Shown here: in pieces, positions 41,812 through 52,575 of the stretch | Layout of the letters: each line of letters opens with the position of its first letter | Position numbering within the stretch: the stretch's first letter is position 1 | Assembly: GCA_963732355.1 (NCBI GenBank) | Contig: CAVSZD010000003.1 | Span: forward strand, 76,370-140,369 | Source: an uncultured Actinomycetota bacterium | GTDB lineage: Bacteria; Actinomycetota; Actinomycetes; S36-B12; UBA10799 | Direction of reading: 5' to 3' | Length of the DNA: 64,000 nt | Program-made: the position numbers and the translations under genes | Notes under the pieces: model-generated | Told to the model about the DNA's origin: nothing | Databases searched by the model: none | What the model saw: the letters and a program-made list of their open reading frames with translations, nothing else

Positions 41812-43065
41812 GCAGTCTGCAAGCCCCGCGCGGCGTACCGGAGTACCTGCCACCTGCGTCCGAGGACTTCCTGGCAGTTCGCAACACCCTGGGCAGGGCC
41901 GCGCAGCTGGCCGGCTACGGGTACATCGAGCTTGCGGTGTTCGAGGACACGGCGGTGTTCGTCCGGGGGGTCGGGGAGAGCACGGATGTCGTCAGCAAGG
42001 AGATGTACACGTTCACCGATCGTGGGGACCGGTCGCTGACCTTGCGGCCGGAGGGCACTGCACCGGTGATGAGGTCGGTGCTGGAGAACGGTCTGCACCG
42101 CGGCAGTCTGCCCGTCAAACTCTGGTATGCCGGTCCGTTCTTCCGGGCAGAACGCCCGCAGCAGGGGCGGTACCGGCAACTGCAGCAGGTGGGTCTGGAG
42201 GCGATTGGGGTCGATGACCCGTTGCTGGACGCGGAGGTCATCGCAGTTGCCGATGAGGGTTACCGGCGCCTCGGTCTGCGCGGTTTCCATCTGCTACCTG
42301 TCCTCGATCGGCTGTCGGACGTGCCGCCCGGTCTACCGGGCGGCCCTGCAGGAGTTCCTGGCCGGGCTCGATCTCGACGAACCGACCAGGCAACGTGCCC
42401 AGTTGAACCCGTTGCGCGTGCTGGACGACAAACGTCCGGTGATCCAGGAGATGCTGGCGAAGGCACCCCTGCCGCCGGACTACTTGTGCGATGAATGCCG
42501 TGAGCATTTCGCGCGGGTGCAGCAGGCGTTGACGGCTCTCGGGGTCAGGTTCAGCCTCAACCCCCGCCTTGTGCGCGGTCTGGACTACTACACCCGCACG
42601 ACCTTCGAGTTCGACCATCCCGCTCTCGGCGCGCAGTCCGGGATCGGCGGTGGCGGCAGGTACGACGGGCTGATGGAATCCCTTGGCGGCCCGGAGTTGT
42701 CCGGAATCGGTTTCGGGCTCGGCACTGACCGCACCCTGCTGGCCTGCCAGGCCGAGGGCCTGCACCCCGCTTCCGGGCGCCCGGTCGAGGTGTTCATAGT
42801 CGCAGTGGGTGAGGCTGCCCGCGACGCTGGCAGCGCCCTGGCCGGTCGTCTGCGTGCCGATGGAGTCCCGGTCGACATGGCTTACGGTGGCCGCGGGCTT
42901 AAGGGGGCGATGAAGGCTGCTGACCGAAGTGGGGCCCGATGGGCCGTCATCATCGGGGAGCGCGAACTGGCCGATGGGCTCGTGCAGTTGAAGGATCTTG
43001 AGACAGGAGCCCAGTCGGCGATCGCCGCCGATCAGGTCGTGGGCCAGATATTGACAGGAGAATGA
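41808..43065 (+). pseudogene. hisS: histidine--tRNA ligase, frame broken by a +1 shift at about 42294-42298
   Basis: ORF 41808-42494 carries motif 1/2 ([33 protein letters not shown]). ORF 42127-43065 continues in the +1 frame with [21 protein letters not shown]...GLDYYTRTTFEF...GGGRYDGL and the anticodon-binding domain. Confidence 0.9.
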
Positions 43066-44810
43066 CGTTGATCAGAACGCCAGCCGGAAGCCTTCGCGCG
43101 GCCGACGCCGACCGGGAGGTGTCGCTGTCCGGGTGGGTGGCACGGCGCCGCGACCACGGAGGTGTCGCCTTCATCGACTTGCGGGACGCATCCGGGGTGG
43201 TGCAGGTCGTGATCCGTGACGAGGCGGCTCACGGTTTGCGCTCCGAGTTCTGCATCAAGGTCACCGGCACCGTCGGAGTCCGTCCACAGGGCAATGACAA
43301 CCCCGAACTGCCGACCGGGGCCATCGAGGTGATTGCCGCGGACGTGGAGGTTCTCTCAGCCGCTGCGCCGCTGCCCTTCCCGATCGACGAGCACGTCGAG
43401 GTCGGCGAGGACACCAGACTGCGCCACCGCTACCTCGACCTGCGCCGGACGTCGCAGGCCAACGCCTTGCGTATGCGTTCCAAGGTCAACCAGTTGGCCC
43501 GCGACGTTCTGTTGGCCCGCGATTTCGTGGAGGTCGAGACCCCGACGCTGACCCGTTCGACCCCCGAGGGTGCCCGGGACTTCCTGGTCCCTGTGCGCCT
43601 TCAGCCCGGACACTGGTACGCCCTGCCGCAGTCGCCTCAACTGTTCAAGCAACTGCTCATGGTGGCGGGTCTGGAGAAGTACTTCCAGATCGCGCGCTGC
43701 TACCGCGACGAGGACTTCCGCGCCGACCGGCAGCCCGAGTTCACCCAGCTGGACATCGAGATGTCCTTCGTCGACCAGGATGACGTGATCGAGGTGGGCG
43801 AGGCGGTTGCACGTGCTCTGTGGCAAGGGGTGCTGGCCCACGAGATCGGGCCGATCCCGCGCATGACCTACGCGGAGGCGATGCGCCGCTTCGGCTCGGA
43901 CAAGCCTGACCTGCGTTTCGACCTGGAGTTGACCGAACTGACCGAGTACTTCGCGCAGACGCCCTTCCGGGTGTTCCAAGCGCCCTACGTCGGAGCGATC
44001 GTGATGCCCGGCGGCGGCAGCCAGCCCCGGCGGGCGTTCGATGCCTGGCAGGAGTGGGCCAAGCAGCGTGGAGCCCGCGGGCTTGCCTACGTCACGATTG
44101 GCGAGGACGGCACCCTGGGCGGCCCAGTGGCCAAGAACATCTCCGAGACCGAACGGGACGGGCTTGTGGCCGCGGTCGGCGCGGACCCCGGTGACTGCAT
44201 CTTCTTCGCCGCTGGCAAGGCCTCCGAGGCCCGTGGGTTGCTGGCCGCGGCGCGCGAGGAGATCGCATCCCGGCTGGGTCTGATCGACGAGTCGGCGTGG
44301 TCGTTCGTGTGGATCGTGGATGCCCCCATGTTCGAGGAGATCGACCTCGACGACGGCTCAACCGCCTGGACCGCGGTGCACCACCCGTTCACGTCCCCGA
44401 ACTCCGAGTCGATGGGCAGTTTCGACACCGATCCGGGATCGGCGCTGGCATGGGCCTACGACCTGGTGTGCAACGGCAACGAGATCGGTGGGGGTTCGAT
44501 CCGTATCCACCAGCGCGACGTTCAGCAGCGAGCGTTCGAAGTCCTCGGCATCGATGAGCAGCAGGCTGACGACAAGTTCGGCTTCCTGCTGGAGGCCTTC
44601 AAGTACGGACCGCCGCCGCATGGCGGCATCGCGTTCGGGTGGGACAGGATCTGCATGCTCCTGGCAGGGGCGAGTTCCCTGCGCGACGTGATCGCGTTCC
44701 CGAAGACGGGTGCGGGACACGACCCGCTGACCGCGGCTCCGACGCCGATCACTGCCGAGCAGCGGGCCGAGGCTGGTGTCGACTTCGTTCCGGAGGACGA
44801 CGGACAGTAG
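43062..44810 (+). CDS. aspS: aspartate--tRNA ligase
   Basis: 582 aa. OB-fold N-terminus, [26 protein letters not shown] motif 2, [16 protein letters not shown] motif 3. Confidence 0.95.
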   Translation: MTLIRTPAGSLRAADADREVSLSGWVARRRDHGGVAFIDLRDASGVVQVVIRDEAAHGLRSEFCIKVTGTVGVRPQGNDNPELPTGAIEVIAADVEVLSAAAPLPFPIDEHVEVGEDTRLRHRYLDLRRTSQANALRMRSKVNQLARDVLLARDFVEVETPTLTRSTPEGARDFLVPVRLQPGHWYALPQSPQLFKQLLMVAGLEKYFQIARCYRDEDFRADRQPEFTQLDIEMSFVDQDDVIEVGEAVARALWQGVLAHEIGPIPRMTYAEAMRRFGSDKPDLRFDLELTELTEYFAQTPFRVFQAPYVGAIVMPGGGSQPRRAFDAWQEWAKQRGARGLAYVTIGEDGTLGGPVAKNISETERDGLVAAVGADPGDCIFFAAGKASEARGLLAAAREEIASRLGLIDESAWSFVWIVDAPMFEEIDLDDGSTAWTAVHHPFTSPNSESMGSFDTDPGSALAWAYDLVCNGNEIGGGSIRIHQRDVQQRAFEVLGIDEQQADDKFGFLLEAFKYGPPPHGGIAFGWDRICMLLAGASSLRDVIAFPKTGAGHDPLTAAPTPITAEQRAEAGVDFVPEDDGQ

Positions 44811-44812
44811 CC

Positions 44813-46111
44813 GTGGACCTGTTCGACCAGAATGCCCCTGCGCAGCCTCTGGCTGCCCGAATCCGTCCCGAGTCGGTGGAAGAGGTCATCGGGCAGTCGC
44901 ATCTGCTCGGGCCGGGATCACCGCTGCACACGTTGCTGAGCGATCCCGATGCCGCCACGAGTGTGGTGCTGTGGGGTCCGCCGGGGACGGGCAAGACGAC
45001 CCTGGCTCGCCTGGCCGCTGAGGTGACCGGGCGCAGATTCGTGTCGCTGGCCGCTGTGAGCGCGGGTGTGAAAGAAGTGCGCGCCGCGATCGAGGCCGCC
45101 CGGGAGATGGCCAGGATCCAGGGTGAGCGCACGGTCTTGTTCATCGACGAGGTCCACCGGTTCTCGAAGACCCAGCAGGACGTGCTCCTGCCTGCTGTGG
45201 AACACGGCTGGGTCACCCTGATCGCCGCTACCACGGAGAACCCCAGCATCAGCCTCGTGAGTCCGCTGCTTTCGCGCTCCATGCTCCTGGTGCTGCAGGC
45301 ATTGACCGACGAGGAGATCCGCCAGGTCGTCGACAGGGCGCTGGACCACCCCGAAGGTCTACCGGGTGTGTCGATCGACGATGAAGCCGCCGGGCTGATC
45401 ATTCGCTTCGCCGGTGGCGACGCGCGGCGGGCTCTGACTGCGCTGGAGGCTGCGGCGGCCGTGGGTCCGCAGATCACCGCCGACCAGGTCCGCGACATCA
45501 TCGGTCAGGTCGCCAACCGCTATGACCGCGACGGGGACCTGCACTACGACGTGACCAGCGCTTTGATCAAGAGTGTGCGAGGCAGTGACGTCGACGCGGC
45601 GCTGCACTATCTGGCCCGGCTGGTGGCCAGCGGAGAGGATCCCCGGTTCATCGCCCGGCGGCTCGTGATCCTGGCCAGTGAGGACATCGGCCTGGCCGAT
45701 CCAACGACGTTGCCTTTGGCGATCGCGGGTCTGCAGGCGGTGCAGTTCTTGGGTTGGCCCGAGGCGCGCATCACGCTCGGACATGTCGTTATCCACCTCT
45801 GCCTGAGCCCCAAGAGCAACGCGGCATACGTGGCCATCAACGAGGCGCTCGAGGACGTCAACAGCGGCCGGATCAGTCCCGTGCCGGCGATGCTGCGCGA
45901 CGGGAGCCTGAAGTCCTCTCGGGCGACCGGCGCGGGCAAGGGCTATCGCTACCCGCACGATGAGGGTGGTTTCGTGCCAGTCCGGTACGTGGGTGAACCC
46001 ATCGTCGGGCGACAGTACTACCGGCCCACCGAGCATGGCGCCGAGGCCCGAGCCGCGGCGGCGGTCGAGCGCCTGCGGGCGGCCTTTGAAGGCCAGGCCC
46101 CGACCGACTGA
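44813..46111 (+). CDS. rarA: replication-associated recombination protein A (RarA/MgsA AAA+ ATPase)
   Basis: GTG at 44813. LWGPPGTGKTTLA Walker A, LFIDEVHRF Walker B, C-terminal MgsA domain (YLARL...GEDPRFIARRL). Confidence 0.9.
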   Translation: MDLFDQNAPAQPLAARIRPESVEEVIGQSHLLGPGSPLHTLLSDPDAATSVVLWGPPGTGKTTLARLAAEVTGRRFVSLAAVSAGVKEVRAAIEAAREMARIQGERTVLFIDEVHRFSKTQQDVLLPAVEHGWVTLIAATTENPSISLVSPLLSRSMLLVLQALTDEEIRQVVDRALDHPEGLPGVSIDDEAAGLIIRFAGGDARRALTALEAAAAVGPQITADQVRDIIGQVANRYDRDGDLHYDVTSALIKSVRGSDVDAALHYLARLVASGEDPRFIARRLVILASEDIGLADPTTLPLAIAGLQAVQFLGWPEARITLGHVVIHLCLSPKSNAAYVAINEALEDVNSGRISPVPAMLRDGSLKSSRATGAGKGYRYPHDEGGFVPVRYVGEPIVGRQYYRPTEHGAEARAAAAVERLRAAFEGQAPTD

Positions 46112-46155
46112 CCACGATTTCCTGCGTAGGTCCGACCCGCCCTGCGTGGCCTCTT

Positions 46156-46192
46156 GGTGAAGAAATGCAACCTCACGTGTCACTTCTTCACC
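46156..46192 (+). terminator. stem-loop downstream of rarA (possible intrinsic terminator, no U-tract)
   Basis: ggtgaagaaAtg (46156-46167) pairs with cacTtcttcacc (46181-46192): a 12-bp stem with one mismatch, 45 nt after the rarA stop. Confidence 0.3.
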
Positions 46193-46340
46193 CAAAGGTT
46201 CGTCATGAACCAGATTGCCGACCTCGACGCTCCCTCCGCCACCGAAGATTGACGAGCCGTCATCACAAAGCTGTGGACAACCCCTCCGCAGAACAGGTCA
46301 ATACGGTTGTGGATGGCCAAAGCCCACCTACACTGGGCCG

Positions 46341-46580
46341 ATGAGTCGAATCTTCTGGGTCGGGGTCGGGGCCGCTGGCGGCATCGTCGCCTACCGCAAG
46401 GGCACACAGGCTGTGAACGGTGTGCGCGAGCGTTCGTTTCGCGAGAACCTGACCAAGGTCGCACGCACTGCCTCCAACGTGGCGGCTTCGGCCCGTTACC
46501 TGGCGGCGCTGTCCGCCGATGAGGAGCAGCAGGCAGGCGTGGTGGACATCCGCACGGCCCCCACCGCCGCCCGCGGGTAG
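46341..46580 (+). CDS. small conserved-looking membrane protein, unknown function
   Basis: ATG at 46341 (MSRIFWVGVGAAGGIVAYRKG...). One N-terminal TM. Located just upstream of alaS. Confidence 0.35.
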   Translation: MSRIFWVGVGAAGGIVAYRKGTQAVNGVRERSFRENLTKVARTASNVAASARYLAALSADEEQQAGVVDIRTAPTAARG

Positions 46581-46610
46581 CAGCCCCGGCCTGCAACTAG
46601 GCTGGCCCCT

Positions 46611-49283
46611 ATGGAATCTGCCGAAATCCGACGACGCTTCCTGTCGTTCTTCGAAGAGCGCGGTCACACTGTGGTCCCGAGCGCGTCACTTCTGCTCAAC
46701 GACCCGACCCTGCTGTTCGTCAACGCCGGCATGGTGCCTTTCAAGCCCTACTTCCTGGGCGAAGCGGTCCCGGACTACAAACGGGCAACCAGCGTGCAGA
46801 AGGTCGTGCGCACCCTCGACATCGAAGAGGTCGGCAAGACGACACGTCATGCGTCGTTCTTCCAGATGTGCGGCAACTTCTCATTCGGTGACTACTTCAA
46901 AGAAGGCGCCATCCCGATGGCGTGGGACCTTCTGACCAAGTCAGAGCGCGAAGGTGGATACGGGTTCCCCGAGGACAGACTCTGGGTCACGGTTTACGAC
47001 GATGACGACGAGGCGGCACGTCTCTGGCAGGACCTAGTGGGACTGCCGCCCGAGCGGATCCAGCGAAGGGGGATGCTGGACAACTTCTGGTCGATGGGTG
47101 TGCCTGGTCCGTGTGGTCCGTGCAGCGAGATCTACTACGACCGCGGACCCGAGTACGGCAAGGAGGGCGGTCCGGTCGTCGACGAGGACCGCTACCTCGA
47201 AGTGTGGAACCTGGTCTTCATGCAATTCGAACGCGGCGAGGGCCCCGGCAAGGAGGGCTTCCCGATCCTGGGTGAACTGCCCGCCAAGAACATCGACACG
47301 GGCCTGGGTCTGGAGCGGATGGCCGCGATCCTGCAGGGCGTGGACAACATCTACGAGATCGACACCACCCGCGCCACGATCGACACTGCCGTTGACATCA
47401 CGGGCAGGCCGTACGGTCGCAACCACGCCGATGATGTGGCGCTGCGGGTTGTGGCCGACCATTCGCGGACCTGTGCATTCCTGATCGGCGACGGGGTGCT
47501 GCCCGGAAACGAGGGCCGCGGTTACGTCCTGCGCCGCCTTCTGCGCCGAGTGGTGTTCAACATGCGCCTTCTCGGGGCCCACGAACCGACGATGGGTGCG
47601 CTGATCAGAAGTGTCATCACCTCGATGTCGCCTCAGTACCCGAGCCTGACCGGCGAAGCCGGCCGGATCGAGACGATCGCGGTTGGCGAGGAGGAGGCCT
47701 TCCGGCAGACCCTGCGCTCCGGAACGTCCGTATTCGACACGGCGGTGGCCAACACGAAGTCCCGGGGGGCGGCAACGCTGTCCGGCGCGGATGCGTTCTC
47801 TCTGCACGACACATACGGATTCCCCATCGACTTGACCCTGGAACTTGCGGCCGAGCAGGGCCTTGAAGTGGACCGTGACGGTTTCACCGAGCTGATGTCT
47901 GAACAACGCCAACGGGCCAAGGCCGATGCTGTCGCACGCAAGGCCGGGGTCACGCCGTTGACCGCCTACCGGGAGGTCATGGAGGCAGCTGGTCGCACCC
48001 AGTTCACCGGGTACGACGAGTGGGCGTCTGACAGCCTGATCAAGGGCCTGTTGCAGGACGGCGAGTCGGTGGCTTCGGTCAAGGCCGGTGAGCAGGTCGA
48101 GGTGATCCTGGACCGCAGCCCGTTCTACGCCGAAGCGGGTGGGCAGCTCGGCGACCATGGGATCATCCGTCTGGACGACGCGACCGTTCTGCAAGTGGAT
48201 GACGTTCAGACCCCTGTGCCGGGTCTGTGGGTCCACCGGGCGCATGTGCTCGAGGGCGAGGCCGCTGTCGGTGCTCGTGCGGTAGGAGAGGTCGACGTCG
48301 AGCGGCGCCGGGCCATTTCGCGGGCGCACACCGCGACCCACATGATCCACAAGACCTTCCGGGAGATGCTGGGGGAGACGGCCACGCAGATGGGTTCGGA
48401 GAACGCCCCCGGTCGACTGCGTTTCGATTTCCCGTTCCCGAAAGCTGTCCCGGAAAGCGTGCTGCGCGATGCGGAGGAACGGGTCAACACCCTGCTCCTC
48501 GAGGACATGACCGTGACCGCGCGGTACATGACCCAGCCGGAGGCCCTTGAGATGGGCGCGATGGCCCTGTTCGGTGAGAAGTACGGCGACACGGTGCGAG
48601 TGGTGTCTGTGGGGGATTGGGCCCACGAGTTGTGCGGCGGCACCCATGCCCACCGCTCGGGCCAACTCGGCGTGGTGTCCTTCATCTCAGAGGGCTCGAT
48701 CGGGTCGGGCGTGCGCCGCGTGGAGGCGCTCGTGGGCTCAGACGCTTACCAGTACCTGGCTCGTGAGCACCTGCTGGTGTCGGCGCTGAGTTCGATGCTC
48801 AAGAGCCCTCGCGAGGACCTCGTCGAGCGCGTGGGCAGCACGGTTGAGAAGTTGAAGAACGCCGAGAAGGAGTTGGCCAGGCTCAAGCAGGAAGCGATGA
48901 TGGCAAACATCGACTCGATCATCGGTGATGGCCGTCAGGTCGGGGAGTTCCGCTTGTGGACGATGCAGGCCCCGAGCGGCACGCAGGCTAAGCAATTGCG
49001 CGAGATCGCTCTGACCGGGGTCCGCAAGGCCGGATCCGCAACGCCGGCGGCGGTTCTTGCCGCGGCCGTGGCTGACGGCAGGGTCAGCCTGATCGCAGCT
49101 GTCAACGCCGCGGCCCAGGACGCGGGTCTGTTCGCAAACGATCTGCTCAACACCGCACTGCCTTCCGTGGAAGGTCGCGGCGGTGGCAAGAAGGACGCCG
49201 CCCAAGGGGGAGGGACCAAACCGGAGGGGGTGCCGCAGGCCTTCGCGGCGGCGACCGCCTACGTCGAGGGTCTGCGGTCGTAG
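46611..49283 (+). CDS. alaS: alanine--tRNA ligase
   Basis: 890 aa. FLSFFEERGHTVVPSASL, FFQMCGNFSFGDYFK, editing-domain HTATH...CGGTH motifs, C-terminal DHHA1-like domain. Confidence 0.95.
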   Translation: MESAEIRRRFLSFFEERGHTVVPSASLLLNDPTLLFVNAGMVPFKPYFLGEAVPDYKRATSVQKVVRTLDIEEVGKTTRHASFFQMCGNFSFGDYFKEGAIPMAWDLLTKSEREGGYGFPEDRLWVTVYDDDDEAARLWQDLVGLPPERIQRRGMLDNFWSMGVPGPCGPCSEIYYDRGPEYGKEGGPVVDEDRYLEVWNLVFMQFERGEGPGKEGFPILGELPAKNIDTGLGLERMAAILQGVDNIYEIDTTRATIDTAVDITGRPYGRNHADDVALRVVADHSRTCAFLIGDGVLPGNEGRGYVLRRLLRRVVFNMRLLGAHEPTMGALIRSVITSMSPQYPSLTGEAGRIETIAVGEEEAFRQTLRSGTSVFDTAVANTKSRGAATLSGADAFSLHDTYGFPIDLTLELAAEQGLEVDRDGFTELMSEQRQRAKADAVARKAGVTPLTAYREVMEAAGRTQFTGYDEWASDSLIKGLLQDGESVASVKAGEQVEVILDRSPFYAEAGGQLGDHGIIRLDDATVLQVDDVQTPVPGLWVHRAHVLEGEAAVGARAVGEVDVERRRAISRAHTATHMIHKTFREMLGETATQMGSENAPGRLRFDFPFPKAVPESVLRDAEERVNTLLLEDMTVTARYMTQPEALEMGAMALFGEKYGDTVRVVSVGDWAHELCGGTHAHRSGQLGVVSFISEGSIGSGVRRVEALVGSDAYQYLAREHLLVSALSSMLKSPREDLVERVGSTVEKLKNAEKELARLKQEAMMANIDSIIGDGRQVGEFRLWTMQAPSGTQAKQLREIALTGVRKAGSATPAAVLAAAVADGRVSLIAAVNAAAQDAGLFANDLLNTALPSVEGRGGGKKDAAQGGGTKPEGVPQAFAAATAYVEGLRS

Positions 49284-49741
49284 TGCGCAGTGGCGTGCGG
49301 CTGGCCGTCGATGTGGGCTCGGTGCGCATCGGGGTGGCACGCAGCGACGCGTCAGGCACCTTGGCGGTCCCCGAGGCCACGTTGAACGCGCGTAAAGACT
49401 GGCTGGAGGCTCTGGTCGCTCTGGCGGCCGAGTACGAGCCCTTGGAGATCATCGTGGGGCTGCCCGTCTCGCTCGACGGCCAGGAGCGGGATGCCGCAAC
49501 CCGGGCCCGAGAGAGCGCCTCGCAGATCAGCGCCAGATTGCCCGGGATCCCTGTGCGTCTGGTCGACGAGCGCCTGACAACGGTGGCAGCGCACCACCAA
49601 TTGCGCGATGCTGGGATGTCACAACGCAAGGGGCGCGCGGTTGTGGATCAAGCGGCCGCTGTCATCATGTTGCAGGAAACGCTGGACGCTGAACGCACCT
49701 CGGGACACGCCCCGGGCGCACTGATGGACGGAAACTCATGA
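49283..49741 (+). CDS. ruvX: Holliday junction resolvase-like nuclease RuvX/YqgF
   Basis: 152 aa. RLAVDVGSVRIGVARSD N-terminus, DERLTTV motif. Immediately after alaS. Confidence 0.85.
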   Translation: MRSGVRLAVDVGSVRIGVARSDASGTLAVPEATLNARKDWLEALVALAAEYEPLEIIVGLPVSLDGQERDAATRARESASQISARLPGIPVRLVDERLTTVAAHHQLRDAGMSQRKGRAVVDQAAAVIMLQETLDAERTSGHAPGALMDGNS

Positions 49742-50832
49742 GCGAACTCGGCCTGAACATGGAGGTGGAACCTCCCAGAGGCTCGGATCCGGAGAAGAAG
49801 GGCCGCGGGGCGGTCGTTTTCGCAGTGGTGATCTTCGGCGTCGTGCTGGCCGGGATCCTGGGACTGTTCCTCAAGGATCAGGTGTTCGGCGCCGAGCAGG
49901 ACTTCGCAGGCGACGGCACCGGTGAGGTGGTCGTACAGGTCGAAGCCGGCCAGACGCTGTCCGACATCGGCGTGACCCTGGCCGAGGCCGGCGTGGTGGC
50001 CAGCGACGGGTCGTTCATCGATGCGGCGGCAGCCAACGACAAGGCCCAGACCATCGCCCCCGGGTACTACACGCTGGCCAAGAGCATGAGCGGGCAGGCC
50101 GCGGTCGAAGCCATGTTGGATCCTGCCAACCGTGTCGTATCGCGGGTGGTCATCCCGGAGGGGCTGCGCCTCGACCAGGTGCTCAAGAGGTTGGAGCAGG
50201 CCACGGACATCCCGCAAGCCCGGTTGGTGGCCGCGCTGAAGGACGCCGATGCGCTCGGGCTGCCGGGATTCGCTGACGGCAACCCTGAGGGCTTCCTGTT
50301 CCCGGCCACCTACGAGTTCGCACCAGACGCGTCGGCGCGCGAGGTCATCGCCGCCATGCTGACCCGCTACAACGAAGCGGCCGACAGTCTCAAGTTCGTC
50401 CAGAGGTCCAAGAAGACCGGCTACTCGCCGTACGAGGTCATGGTGATCGCCAGTCTCGTACAGGCCGAAGGCCATCCCGACGACTACGGCAAGGTGTCCC
50501 GGGTCGTCTACAACCGACTGGCGGCAGGGATGCCGCTGCAGTTCGACGCCACGGTCAACTACGCGCTGAAGAAGTCCGAGATAAACCTCTCTCGTGACCA
50601 GATCCGCACGAAGTCCCCGTACAACACCTACGCGAACACCGGACTGCCGCCCACCCCGATCAACCAACCGGGAGAGGCAGCCATGGAGGCTGCGCTGGAG
50701 CCTGACAAGGGCGACTGGATCTACTTCGTCGCCGTCAACCCCGACACCGGGCAGACGAAGTTCACCAGCAAGTATCCGGAGTTCCTGAAGTTCAAGAGGG
50801 AGTTCGAGGACTACATCGCGGAGAACGGGTGA
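49738..50832 (+). CDS. mltG: endolytic murein transglycosylase MltG (YceG-like)
   Basis: 364 aa, N-terminal TM, ASLVQAEG and YNTY...GLPPTPI.NPG motifs. Confidence 0.85.
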   Translation: MSELGLNMEVEPPRGSDPEKKGRGAVVFAVVIFGVVLAGILGLFLKDQVFGAEQDFAGDGTGEVVVQVEAGQTLSDIGVTLAEAGVVASDGSFIDAAAANDKAQTIAPGYYTLAKSMSGQAAVEAMLDPANRVVSRVVIPEGLRLDQVLKRLEQATDIPQARLVAALKDADALGLPGFADGNPEGFLFPATYEFAPDASAREVIAAMLTRYNEAADSLKFVQRSKKTGYSPYEVMVIASLVQAEGHPDDYGKVSRVVYNRLAAGMPLQFDATVNYALKKSEINLSRDQIRTKSPYNTYANTGLPPTPINQPGEAAMEAALEPDKGDWIYFVAVNPDTGQTKFTSKYPEFLKFKREFEDYIAENG

Positions 50833-51632
50833 CCCGCAACGCGGCTGTCGTCGGTTCGCCCATTTCCCACAGTTTGTCCCCGGTTCTGCACAAAGCCGCT
50901 TATCAGGCTCTCGGGCTGGACTGGGTCTATTGGGGTCTCGAGGTCAACGAGGAACAACTGCCGGGTTTCATCGACCGGCTCGATGATTCCTGGGTCGGAC
51001 TGTCCCTGACGATGCCGTTGAAGGAGGCTGTGCTCACTCTCAGCAACGACGTGAGTTGGGCCGCGCGGGTGACCCGCTCAGCCAACACGCTGCTGTTACC
51101 GCAGCGGGCTGCGCTCAACACCGACGTCGACGGGATCGTGATGGCGTTGCGCCGGGCCGGTTTCAGCGCCCAGCCCGGGTTCACGGCCGCCATCGCTGGT
51201 GCCGGAGCCACTGCCCGCTCAGCGGTGGCCGCACTGCACGAACTCGGCGCGGGTGAGATTCACATCCTGGCCCGCAGGCCCGAAGCGGTCGATCCAGCGC
51301 GCGCTACCGCTGAGCAGATCGGGATCGATCTACAGGCACATGGGTTCGACGACCTTGCCCCGTTGGGCGCCGAGGTCGTCATCGCCACTGTCCCGTCGGG
51401 GGTGGCAGATGTGCTGACCCCGGGGATACCCGGCTCGCCCGGCTGGCTGCTCGATGTCGTGTACTCACCGTGGCCCACCGTGCTCGCGCAGGCCTGGTCA
51501 GCCCGGGGTGGTCGGATCGTCTCTGGACTGGAGATGCTGCTGGCCCAAGCCGAGCGCCAGGTTGAACTCATGACTGGACAACCCGCACCTACTGACGCCA
51601 TGCGCGCGGCGTTGCCTTCCACTCACGCCTGA
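50829..51632 (+). CDS. aroE: shikimate dehydrogenase
   Basis: 267 aa. VGSPISHSLSPVLHKAAY, SLTMPLK, NTD and GAGATARS dinucleotide-binding motifs. Confidence 0.85.
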   Translation: MTRNAAVVGSPISHSLSPVLHKAAYQALGLDWVYWGLEVNEEQLPGFIDRLDDSWVGLSLTMPLKEAVLTLSNDVSWAARVTRSANTLLLPQRAALNTDVDGIVMALRRAGFSAQPGFTAAIAGAGATARSAVAALHELGAGEIHILARRPEAVDPARATAEQIGIDLQAHGFDDLAPLGAEVVIATVPSGVADVLTPGIPGSPGWLLDVVYSPWPTVLAQAWSARGGRIVSGLEMLLAQAERQVELMTGQPAPTDAMRAALPSTHA

Positions 51633-51684
51633 GGGCTCGCGTTTCGGCCATACTCGGACAAGTACACGTGGAAAGGAATGGTCG

Positions 51685-52572
51685 ATGGCTGACATAGAGG
51701 TTCCCCAGTCTGGTGCCTCCGATATCGTCGGTCGACTGCTCAGCGACGCCCTCAGCGAGCACCCGGACGTGCAATGGCTCGGGCTGGTCTCCGAGGACGG
51801 TTTCGCTATCGCGTCCGAGGGGGCCGTGGCAGTGGACGACGATGCGGTCGCGGCGGGCGCGGTCCGGATGATGATCCAGGTGCGGACCCTGTCCAAGGCA
51901 CTCGGGCAGACGGGGACGTCGCAGATGTTCCTGGAGGGCAACGAGAGCGGCATCTGTGTCATCGACAAGGATCCGTGGGTGCTGGTCGTGGTCGGTGCGC
52001 CCGGAGTCCCCATCGGTCTATTGCGCTATGAGGCCAGGGAGATCGCAGAGGCGTTCCCGATGGGCCAGCGCGCTGCCTTGACGGCGACCCCGTACGAGAC
52101 CGATGACCAGCCAGAACCGGAGTGGTCGGTCGTTACGGGCAGCTTTCCCGACGGCTCCTTCGAGGATTCGGACCTTCAAGCAGCGGCCCCATCTGCCGAT
52201 GAGAGCGACGTGACCCGCACCGATGGTGAGGCTGAGATCCGCTGGGCCGGCGAGCCCACGGTCTTCGACGCGTCGCCAGGGTCGGACCTGTTCGGCTCGG
52301 CGGGAGCTGAGGAGATCGTGGACCTTGAGATGCCCTCCCTGGCCGACGCCACCGTGGAGGACTTCACGGGTTGGGATGCCCCGGCCCCCCTGGAACACAA
52401 TGCGATGTTCGATCTGCCTGCCCCGGACGCTGAGGTGCCGGTGTCGTTCGAGATGCCAGCTCCTGTCAGCGCGGACCAGTTCGATCTGACTGATCTGGCC
52501 CCACCGAGCGGGCCCGCGATCGACCTCCCACCGCCGGCCGGACCCGCATTCGAACTGCCGCCCCCGGAGTAG
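51685..52572 (+). CDS. Roadblock/LC7 (MglB-like) domain protein with long acidic Pro-rich tail
   Basis: The N-terminal roughly 125 aa have a Roadblock-like pattern (VQWLGLVSEDGFAIAS...MFLEGNESGICVIDKDPWVLVVV). The C-terminal roughly 170 aa are D/E/P-rich with PPSGPAIDLPPPAGPAFELPPPE repeats. Confidence 0.5.
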   Translation: MADIEVPQSGASDIVGRLLSDALSEHPDVQWLGLVSEDGFAIASEGAVAVDDDAVAAGAVRMMIQVRTLSKALGQTGTSQMFLEGNESGICVIDKDPWVLVVVGAPGVPIGLLRYEAREIAEAFPMGQRAALTATPYETDDQPEPEWSVVTGSFPDGSFEDSDLQAAAPSADESDVTRTDGEAEIRWAGEPTVFDASPGSDLFGSAGAEEIVDLEMPSLADATVEDFTGWDAPAPLEHNAMFDLPAPDAEVPVSFEMPAPVSADQFDLTDLAPPSGPAIDLPPPAGPAFELPPPE

Positions 52573-52575
52573 CCC

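Noticed and set aside
47034-48665. 543-aa ORF on the - strand
   Set aside because: It lies antisense to alaS, which is unambiguous. Shadow ORF.
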